64,000 nucleotides of DNA, taken from the IMG/VR virus record IMGVR_UViG_3300003322_000362; one strand, given 5' to 3'. The notes beneath the pieces are model-generated. The model was given only the letters and a program-made list of their open reading frames with translations. It was not told where the DNA came from and ran no database searches. Of the stretch, positions 1 through 6,498 are shown one piece after another; position 1 is the first letter of the stretch, and each line of letters starts with the position of its first letter. A program made the position numbers and the translations under genes. The stretch comes from an uncultured virus (IMG/VR IMGVR_UViG_3300003322_000362). Its lineage: Duplodnaviria > Heunggongvirae > Uroviricota > Caudoviricetes > Crassvirales.

Positions 1-74
1 TGGGACTCGAACCCACACGCTCTGAGAGCATAACATTTTAAGTGTTACATGTCTACCAATTTCATCACCCTGGC
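1..74 (-). tRNA. tRNA-Leu (anticodon TAA), 3' end cut by window edge
   Basis: Reverse complement GCCAGGGTGATGAAATTGGTAGACATG-TAACA-CTTAAAA-TGTTA-TGCTCTCAGAGCGTGTGGGTTCGAGTCCCA: D arm, 5-bp anticodon stem with TAA, long variable arm, GGTTCGAGTCC T arm. Confidence 0.93.
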
Positions 75-87
75 TCTATATTATCTA

Positions 88-294
88 TTAATTGTAAATT
101 AATATTAATCGTGTAAGTATAGCTACTAAAGCAGTAATTACTAATAATAATATTGCACTTCCTGTAAATAAATTACTTTGAATATTATATGTAGAATGTT
201 TATCTAATAAAGATATTGCAAACATTATAGTAAGAAAGATAAATATACAAAATAGAAATACTATTATTGTTGTAAGATATATTATTGGTTTCAT
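88..294 (-). CDS. Small membrane protein, two predicted TM helices
   Basis: 68 aa, two hydrophobic stretches, overlaps the stop of the upstream ORF. Confidence 0.65.
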   Translation of the reverse strand: MKPIIYLTTIIVFLFCIFIFLTIMFAISLLDKHSTYNIQSNLFTGSAILLLVITALVAILTRLILIYN

Positions 295-590
295 ATTTCT
301 TTTAATTTACATACTAATATTTCTACATAACCTGATTTAATCTTTCTATGATATGGATGTATTACATTAGCTTTAAGTAATGTATCATACATTCCTTCAT
401 TTTCAGACCAATCTTTAATACCTACTTCATCTTCTTTAAGATCATTATGAAATACTGAAGCAGTCGCAATTGGTGATCCATCTTCAATATCATACAGTAA
501 TATAGATCTTATTTTATTATTAATTGCATAAGAACTAATATTTATACTACATTTCCATTCTTTAAATTGTATTGTTTTTATTACTCTCAT
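291..590 (-). CDS. Hypothetical phage protein, DUF4313-like
   Basis: DGSPIATASV...IKDWSENEGM...SGYVEI pattern recalls DUF4313-type phage/ICE proteins (from memory). Confidence 0.5.
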   Translation of the reverse strand: MRVIKTIQFKEWKCSINISSYAINNKIRSILLYDIEDGSPIATASVFHNDLKEDEVGIKDWSENEGMYDTLLKANVIHPYHRKIKSGYVEILVCKLKEI

Positions 591-593
591 ATT

Positions 594-830
594 TTATGCA
601 TATAAATTAGAAACAATTAGATTCCATTCTTTTACTACATCTTCAGCACTATCAGTTACATATATTTCTTCATCATTTAGTGTAATTCTAAATGAACCAT
701 TAAGATAACATAGTAACTTATATTTACCATCATTAGCAAATATTTTGGTATTAGCATTAATAAATTCATTAAATTTATCAATATCAATCGTCCAAAAATC
801 TAAATTCTTTTCTTTATCTTCTTGTATCAT
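594..830 (-). CDS. Hypothetical protein
   Basis: 78-aa ORF tightly packed with co-oriented neighbours. Confidence 0.7.
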   Translation of the reverse strand: MIQEDKEKNLDFWTIDIDKFNEFINANTKIFANDGKYKLLCYLNGSFRITLNDEEIYVTDSAEDVVKEWNLIVSNLYA

Positions 831-910
831 AATGAATTACAGTAAGTTAGTAATAAAATTGTTAAAACTATTACTACTAATATATTAAATATTGTTTTCA
901 TAAATTTTTA

Positions 911-1126
911 TTATTTAATTACTTTAATTTTATCTATTATACCTTTACCAATCCATCTACTAAATATCCATCCATTTTGTGATATTCTATAATAATTTGA
1001 TTTATTAAATTTATCTTTTGCATCTGCCCATGATATAGCAAATACTATAAATTCAGGATTGCTAGAATTATATGTAGATGAATCTTCTTCATAAACACTA
1101 AAAGCTTTAATACTATTTTGATTCAT
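911..1126 (-). CDS. Hypothetical protein
   Basis: 71-aa ORF just downstream of tRNA-Met, A-rich leader. Confidence 0.65.
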   Translation of the reverse strand: MNQNSIKAFSVYEEDSSTYNSSNPEFIVFAISWADAKDKFNKSNYYRISQNGWIFSRWIGKGIIDKIKVIK

Positions 1127-1151
1127 ATAGTAATATTATTTAATAATTAAG

Positions 1152-1225
1152 TGGATCATATAGGGTTCGAACCTATGACCTAATCATTATGAGTGATTTG
1201 CTCTAACCCACTGAGCTAATGATCC
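1152..1225 (-). tRNA. tRNA-Met (CAT), elongator-like; Ile2 not excluded
   Basis: Reverse complement GGATCAT-TAGCTCAGTGGGTTAGAGCA-AATCA-CTCATAA-TGATT-AGGTC-ATAGGTTCGAACCCTAT-ATGATCC-A: full cloverleaf, CCA not encoded. Confidence 0.93.
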
Positions 1226-1230
1226 AATAA

Positions 1231-1370
1231 CGTGTCTATCCTAATTTATCATAACTAAGTTACTCACTTCTTAATTACTAAAAGGAAATATACAATTATT
1301 ATGATATAACTCTTAGTCCCATTGGACGGATTGAGTATTATATTGATAATAATTAATACTTATCGACACG
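1231..1370. other. Multi-branch fold-back element A
   Basis: CGTGTC(1231-1236)/GACACG(1365-1370) closing stem; arms TATCATAA/TTATGATA, GTCC-catt-GGAC, TGAGTATTA/TAATACTTA. Confidence 0.5.
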
Positions 1371-1382
1371 GAGTTTCTTTTA

Positions 1383-1586
1383 TTATTGTATATCATCGAT
1401 TAATACCCTAATAATAGAATCCTCTTCTTTGATTTCTATAGAATATACTTCTAAGAAATTTTTTAAAGGTATTCCAATTCCTGTAAGTATTAGATATACT
1501 ATATAAGCTTCTCCACTATCAATAAATTCTTTAGCTATATGAACAGCTCTACCTTGTAGTGTTGATATATCAAATTTATATAACAT
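1383..1586 (-). CDS. Hypothetical protein
   Basis: 67-aa ORF, TAACCA leader motif 15 nt upstream. Confidence 0.65.
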   Translation of the reverse strand: MLYKFDISTLQGRAVHIAKEFIDSGEAYIVYLILTGIGIPLKNFLEVYSIEIKEEDSIIRVLIDDIQ

Positions 1587-1615
1587 ATATTATTTATTTA
1601 GTGGTTATTAAATAA

Positions 1616-1699
1616 ATTAGAAATAGAGTGAGTATTTGGCAATAACTCTTCATTAATATAATATCGGTTAATAATTATATTAATATATCTATTTCTAAT
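1616..1699. other. Three-way-junction fold-back element B
   Basis: 12-bp closing stem ATTAGAAATAGA/TCTATTTCTAAT; inner 11-bp ATTAATATAAT/ATTATATTAAT and a GAGT-ATT/AAT-ACTC hairpin. Confidence 0.6.
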
Positions 1700-1708
1700 G
1701 TTTTTTAT

Positions 1709-2005
1709 TTAAGGATTAAGTAATAATTGATGTATAGTATTTTTATGTTTAACACTTGAATCACAATAATAATACTCATCTGCTTCTTTAGCTTTAATAT
1801 AAGTATTTTTATCACCTTCCATAGCAGCACAATTAAGAACTCTATGTAAAAATGTTCTAATTGGATTCCCAGAAGTACCTATACAATTTATTTTACCATA
1901 CTTCTCATAACCTTTTGCTCCTTGTCAAAATCTTAGAAATGCTTCTTCAACTTCTACATGATCTTTACTTCTATTCCAAATAATTCTATGGGGGAGTAAT
2001 ACCAA
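1709..2005 (-). pseudogene. About 98-codon frame interrupted by one in-frame TGA (1925-1927)
   Basis: Manual translation from TTG: LVLLPHRIIWNRSKDHVEVEEAFLRF*QGAKGYEKYGKINCIGTSGNPIRTFLHRVLNCAAMEGDKNTYIKAKEADEYYYCDSSVKHKNTIHQLLLNP; not in the ORF track. Confidence 0.4.
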
Positions 2006-2135
2006 GTCGTACTCTTTGAGTATATTCTTGATTTGATTGTAATTTAAAAAACTCTTTCCAAGATGTAGCAATTACATGTTTATTAGTTTTATTATGAGTA
2101 AAATAATAAGCAAATCCTCTATCATTATCATTCAT
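1986..2135 (-). CDS. Small hypothetical protein (49 aa, MNDNDRGFAYYF...)
   Basis: Manual translation, ATG with A-rich leader, below the ORF-track cutoff. Confidence 0.55.
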   Translation of the reverse strand: MNDNDRGFAYYFTHNKTNKHVIATSWKEFFKLQSNQEYTQRVRLGITPP

Positions 2136-2162
2136 AACTTTAGTTGTTTAAGATTTAGTTTG

Positions 2163-2259
2163 TTGCTCTACAAGGCTACAATCCTTGTAATGGTAGTCAT
2201 TTCTCTGATATAAGCAGATATTACAACTATTATTCCACCCAGGTAATTAGATAGAGCAA
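2163..2259. other. Multi-branch fold-back element C
   Basis: TTGCTCTA/TAGAGCAA closing stem; arms CAAGG/CCTTG and AATGGTAGT/ACTATTATT (two G-T pairs) with inner TCTG/CAGA. Confidence 0.55.
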
Positions 2260-2380
2260 ATCCAATAATACTAATAGGAGCTTTCTGGCATTATCCTATA
2301 TTTAACACCTTTCATCTAAATATTACTATTTAGTAGATTAACATTGTTTTAGTGCATAGTATTATATCTTTAATATTAAA

Positions 2381-2577
2381 AATAACTACTTGTCCATTTC
2401 CAAGTGGAATACTATCAACTACATATTTGGAATTCGTTAAGGAGTTTATGTACCAAATATTATCAGCTATCCCTCAAGCTTGTTGACTGTGATTTAACTC
2501 GTATCTTACAATAAAATATTATCATCTTGGCATGATAGTAATTGTCTTAGATATTTTATCTTCAGCAAGTAGTTATT
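2381..2577. other. Five-arm fold-back element D (candidate structured ncRNA or ssDNA structure)
   Basis: Perfect 12-bp closing stem AATAACTACTTG/CAAGTAGTTATT enclosing five consecutive hairpins; no ORF. Confidence 0.65.
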
Positions 2578-2587
2578 ATATCTTTAT

Positions 2588-2771
2588 TTATTGAGCATAT
2601 TTCAAAGATAGTGCAATGATCTTCGGAATGTGCTTATTCTTCAGTGCGCGTGTCCTGGTAATTTCTGACAAAGGTACATTATTAACGCGTGANNNNNNNN
2701 NNNNNNNNNNNNNNNNNNNNNNNNNNNNNNNNNNNNNNNNNNNNNNNNNNNNNNNNNNNNNNNNNATTCAT
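2588..2771 (-). CDS. Small basic protein spanning an N gap (MN...SRVNNVPLSEITRTRALKNKHIPKIIALSLKYAQ)
   Basis: ATG at 2771 with AAACCA leader, open frame after the gap to TAA at 2588; gap length is probably an estimate. Confidence 0.5.
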
Positions 2772-2829
2772 AAGTGTATATTTAAATGGTTTAAGTTTTA
2801 CGAATTGTTGTGAAAGTAAGAATAAAGAT

Positions 2830-3062
2830 AGCAAGATATCAGCTATTCATTTGTCTATCACTTGCTCTATTCTATCATGATTTATTAGATTAAAATGCTA
2901 TTATTTGGGCTATTATATCTATGTATAATATATATTATGAGTATAGTATTCACTTGCTCGACCAAATAATAGGCATTTATAATCTATAATATGAATAAAG
3001 GTGAGAGAATAGATCAGCGCGTGTCCACTCTATATATAAGGAGTGAAATGACGCTGATCTAT
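2830..3062. other. Long-stem fold-back element E plus adjacent GC-rich hairpin
   Basis: 23-bp bulged stem 2886-2908/2962-2986 extended by TCTATTCT/AGAATAGA; then ATAGATCAGCG(3009-3019)/CGCTGATCTAT(3052-3062) with inner CACTC/GAGTG. Confidence 0.65.
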
Positions 3063-3090
3063 GAGGTGAAAATAGGCCAAAAAGTAGCTG

Positions 3091-3354
3091 TTAAGCTACT
3101 TTCAGGTGAAGCCAAGTGCTCTTGATGATGTTGCCATCTGGAGCTTCGAACTCTGTTACTTGCTGTGTATATTCAGCAAGATCAAGTTCTTGTTCTGTAT
3201 CTGCTGCTACTTCAGCATCTGTCTTGAGCAAGAAGCGAACTTTGGTTGTCTTAGCAACACCAAAGACAGTGGTTTTGATTTCACCACGAAGTGTGTTAAC
3301 AAAACCTCCCTTCTTAGAAGGTGTTGATTTTTCTACATTAAGGAGAACTTTCAT
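3091..3354 (-). CDS. Hypothetical beta-rich protein, first gene of the leftward (early-type) unit
   Basis: 87 aa, TAACCA leader, visibly more C/G-ending codons than its neighbours. Confidence 0.8.
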   Translation of the reverse strand: MKVLLNVEKSTPSKKGGFVNTLRGEIKTTVFGVAKTTKVRFLLKTDAEVAADTEQELDLAEYTQQVTEFEAPDGNIIKSTWLHLKVA

Positions 3355-3730
3355 AATTTGATAATTTGGTTAGAATTTGACGGGGGTATTGTCAACCCCA
3401 ATATTTAGGACAGGTGGTTGAGGTAGGTGGTACCNNNNNNNNNNGTATGAAGATTTTGTCTATTAAAAGTACCGATATTATATTCAAAGGTACTATAATC
3501 AGAGACACAAATTCCAGTATCACTACTCTTCTTCGGATAAGGGATATATTAGCAATTTTTGGACTATTAGCGAAATTTTTTCTTATATTTACTTGCATTT
3601 TGGTGGAAATAGTATATGGAGGAATTACATATTCTATAGGAAAACGCGTTTTTAGAGCATTAGAGGGGTATTTGCATAAAAAATTGTATTATGACTAGGT
3701 TAATTCTATTCTTTTTTATATTTTTATACC
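3355..3730. promoter_or_regulatory. Divergent strand-switch region; candidate early promoter, origin or genome-end region
   Basis: Gene orientation flips here; contains TTGAC-GGGGG-TATT-GTCAA-CCCC, a GG-run cluster, an AGTACC/GGTACT inverted repeat and tandem TATTAGC..ATTTTT. Confidence 0.5.
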
Positions 3731-4228
3731 ATGAGAGAGAAAGTAAAAGAATATAGAGTAAATCCTAGTATTCAAAAAGTTAAGAAAGATCTAGTACAAG
3801 TAGAGAAAACTGTTAAAAAGATCAAAAGTAGAGATGGTATTTTTAAAGGAAAGTATAAAGTAATTACAAATAAAGATGTAACTAGTATTTCAGTAGATAA
3901 GACTCCATTTGTTAGAGCTTATTATATAGGTTTAGTAAAGACAATGTCTTTAAGTAAACAAGCTACAAAATTATTATGCTATATACTTGCTGAAAGAATA
4001 GAACAAGGTAAAACAAGTTTCTTTTACTTTAGAGAAATAGCTAATAAAGTTACAGGAATACAATTAAATAATCTTACTATTGCATTAAGAGAACTTATTG
4101 ATAATGAATTTATATATAAAAGTAATGTAAGAAACGAATATTGGTTAAATATAGAATATTTTAGTAAAGGAAATAGAGCTAAAATATGTGAAGAGTTTAA
4201 TGAAACAGTTCTTGATATACAATCATGA
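3731..4228 (+). CDS. RepL-like winged-HTH replication/DNA-binding protein
   Basis: LSKQATKLLCYI...IANKVTG...ALRELIDNEFIYKS...YWLN.EYFSKGNR matches the RepL-type signature found in crAss-like phages. Confidence 0.7.
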   Translation: MREKVKEYRVNPSIQKVKKDLVQVEKTVKKIKSRDGIFKGKYKVITNKDVTSISVDKTPFVRAYYIGLVKTMSLSKQATKLLCYILAERIEQGKTSFFYFREIANKVTGIQLNNLTIALRELIDNEFIYKSNVRNEYWLNIEYFSKGNRAKICEEFNETVLDIQS

Positions 4229-4494
4229 CAGAAGAAAAGAGAGAATACTATTTAAAGAATCTAAATGAGATATTTGGATTTAAATTTAGAGAGATAAAAT
4301 TTAAAGATGCTTTATATTATATATGTAAAGTAAAGACAATAGGAGTTAGAATTGAAGTAAGAGAGACTAATTTTGATAGTGAGTTATGGAATGAAGATAA
4401 ATTAATAGCTCAAGGTAGAGAAATTGATTTAGGACATTTTGAGACTGAATGTAAACTACTCAAAGAAAAAATAGATGACATTACTGGAATATAA
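4225..4494 (+). CDS. Hypothetical protein
   Basis: ATGA overlap with the previous gene. Confidence 0.7.
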   Translation: MTEEKREYYLKNLNEIFGFKFREIKFKDALYYICKVKTIGVRIEVRETNFDSELWNEDKLIAQGREIDLGHFETECKLLKEKIDDITGI

Positions 4495-4834
4495 AATACA
4501 GATGGCAATGGATGGTTATCTTACCCATGAGGAGATAGTAAGTATAAATGCTCCTAATGATGGTATAAATATAACTGTTCGTAAAAAAGATATTGATGAA
4601 TTAACATTTTATCATCATATTATCTGTGATTTTAGTTATTATGTTCAAGAAGATTTTCTATTAAATCGTTTACAAGATGCTGTACATACGATAAGTACTA
4701 GAACTTTTAATAGAAGAAAAGCTAATATAAATGAATGTAATCATGATTTTCAAGTTGTAGGTACTTTAAAAAAGTGTGTAAAATGTTTAGGTAAGTTTGG
4801 TCAAGTAGTTACTATAGAACTTAAAGCAAATTAA
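4475..4834 (+). CDS. Hypothetical protein with C-terminal CxH...CxxC Zn-ribbon-like motif
   Basis: ECNHDF...KCVKC. Confidence 0.65.
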   Translation: MTLLEYKIQMAMDGYLTHEEIVSINAPNDGINITVRKKDIDELTFYHHIICDFSYYVQEDFLLNRLQDAVHTISTRTFNRRKANINECNHDFQVVGTLKKCVKCLGKFGQVVTIELKAN

Positions 4835-5128
4835 ATGACGTTAGAAAAAGATGGAATAGATTATAGTATACCTTTTGAAGTAGATAGAATATTTCAAGAA
4901 TATAACACAGTTTATAAGAATAAGATTTGTATTGAATGGTCACAAATTAGAGCCTTAGAAGAAGTTCCTAAAGGACATCCTACAAATCAAAGATGGGAGA
5001 AATATATAGAAGTAGAAAAATTTTGTTTATTTACTTATACTGATCAATATATGATTATAGGTTCATATAAAGAAGCAGTAAAGAAATGGAAAACATTTAA
5101 GAAATTAATGTACGAAAAATTTAATTAA
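4835..5128 (+). CDS. Hypothetical protein
   Basis: Abutting ORF in the operon. Confidence 0.7.
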   Translation: MTLEKDGIDYSIPFEVDRIFQEYNTVYKNKICIEWSQIRALEEVPKGHPTNQRWEKYIEVEKFCLFTYTDQYMIIGSYKEAVKKWKTFKKLMYEKFN

Positions 5129-5598
5129 TGAAACAACTTAATAAAGCATTATTTATTGATCTTGATGGTACTATCATTAAGACTAAGAGTGGAAATACTT
5201 TTCCTATAGATATTTATGATTGGGAATTTAATACTGGTGTTCTTACTAAATTAAAACATTATTCTAACGAAAATTATGTTATCTGTATAGTTACTAATCA
5301 AGGAGGTATTGAAATGGGTCATATAACAGATGAAGAGTTTCAAAATAAGATTAGTGTTATTATACAAGAGATAGAAGATTATATTAGAACTGGTATCTCT
5401 GCTGTATATTGTCCTTCTATGAATGGTTATCATAGAAAACCTATGCCTGGAATGGCTTATAAACTTGCTATTGAACTACATCTTGATTTAAAGAATAGTA
5501 TAATGGTAGGTGATAGAGAAGAAGATAAAGGATTTGCTGAGATGGCACAAATAGGTACTTTTGTTCACGTAAATGATTTCACAGGTAATTATAAATAA
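5128..5598 (+). CDS. HAD-IIIA phosphatase (polynucleotide 3'-phosphatase/GmhB-like)
   Basis: FIDLDGT motif I, VTNQGG motif II, RKPMPGM, MVGDREED motif IV. Confidence 0.9.
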   Translation: MKQLNKALFIDLDGTIIKTKSGNTFPIDIYDWEFNTGVLTKLKHYSNENYVICIVTNQGGIEMGHITDEEFQNKISVIIQEIEDYIRTGISAVYCPSMNGYHRKPMPGMAYKLAIELHLDLKNSIMVGDREEDKGFAEMAQIGTFVHVNDFTGNYK

Positions 5599-5599
5599 T

Positions 5600-5782
5600 A
5601 TGAAACTAGTAAGTAAAATAAAAATATTTAGTAATGATCACTATGGTAATTTACAAGAAGAAGTAAATAAGTGGGCAGAAGAAACAGAACATGAAATAAT
5701 TAATACTTCTATGGCAGTAATATTATATAAAGATAATGCTCGTACATTTTTTATATCAGTAACTTATAAAGAAAGAGTATAA
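5600..5782 (+). CDS. Small hypothetical protein (MKLVSKIKIF...)
   Basis: Likely start at ATG 5600, just after the stop of the HAD gene. Confidence 0.6.
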   Translation: MKLVSKIKIFSNDHYGNLQEEVNKWAEETEHEIINTSMAVILYKDNARTFFISVTYKERV

Positions 5783-6097
5783 ATGATGAACTTTAAAGAA
5801 ATAGAACTTAATTATGGTAATGAGGACCGAATTAAGGAAGATAAGAATGAAGGTAAGAGATATGTTATTAGTGTTGATCCTTTTAATGTAGATAGTAACG
5901 AAAGTATTACTACTATAGTTATCTTTGACAAACATACTAGTAAAATAAGTAGTACTATTAGAACTAAAAAGACTTTTGATCAGTGGGTAGCTAAATTTAG
6001 CGATAAAACTGTAGGATTTAATAAAGAATATCTAGTTTCACGTAAATTCTTAAATAAAGATGGATCAGTTAAGACTAGAGAACAAATTGTTGGTTGA
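5783..6097 (+). CDS. Hypothetical protein with similarity to the start of the terminase nuclease domain
   Basis: RYVISVDPFNVDSNESITTIVIFD compared with TerL LYIIAHDPYAFDQSTDSESLGATYVY. Confidence 0.5.
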   Translation: MMNFKEIELNYGNEDRIKEDKNEGKRYVISVDPFNVDSNESITTIVIFDKHTSKISSTIRTKKTFDQWVAKFSDKTVGFNKEYLVSRKFLNKDGSVKTREQIVG

Positions 6098-6497
6098 AGG
6101 TAATCATTTAAAAGATATAATTCTACATTCTTTATATAATAAGAATACAGAGTGTTATCTTATGGTATCTCCTAGTAGATTTGCTAAAATATTAAGTGAT
6201 TATTATAGCTTAAATGCTATAACTCCTTTACAAGATGTAAATACTTTAGCAAATATGTATAAGTATTACAGTTTTACTAGTAAAGATATTGGTCATGAAA
6301 GTAATAATCACTATACAATAATAAAAGATAAGAATTTATTTGAGTATGTAGGAAGATGTTCAGATTGTGATTGTAAGGGACATCAAATAAGAGAAATTGC
6401 AGGAGAAGAAGGTAGATGGATAGATGGAAAGACTAAAGAATGTTATTTTAGAGAAATGATTAAAACAAATTATACCACTAAAGTTAAACTAGATTAA
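6060..6497 (+). CDS. Hypothetical protein, Cys cluster (CSDCDC...C)
   Basis: 145-aa ORF in the operon. Confidence 0.65.
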   Translation: MDQLRLENKLLVEGNHLKDIILHSLYNKNTECYLMVSPSRFAKILSDYYSLNAITPLQDVNTLANMYKYYSFTSKDIGHESNNHYTIIKDKNLFEYVGRCSDCDCKGHQIREIAGEEGRWIDGKTKECYFREMIKTNYTTKVKLD

Positions 6498-6498
6498 T

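Noticed and set aside
848..876. Hairpin TAGTAATA/TATTACTA in the 831-910 spacer
   Set aside because: Single AT-rich 8-bp stem, too weak to count with the multi-branch elements
2342..2618. Extending element D outward via CATTGT/GCAATG and TATCTTT/AAAGATA
   Set aside because: The 3' arms lie inside the probable 2588-2771 coding sequence and the stems are short and AT-rich; likely chance
2646..3026. GCGCGTGTCC occurring twice (2646 and 3017)
   Set aside because: Only two copies, one inside a probable CDS; not enough to call a motif
1231..3062. CRISPR mini-array or tandem direct-repeat array
   Set aside because: The structure is inverted-repeat based; there are no regularly spaced direct repeats
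2616..3698. Plus-strand ORFs 2616-2813, 2689-2880, 3106-3327, 3116-3361, 3414-3698 and minus-strand 3392-3598
   Set aside because: They span N gaps or are antisense shadows of better-supported genes; no leaders or recognisable motifs
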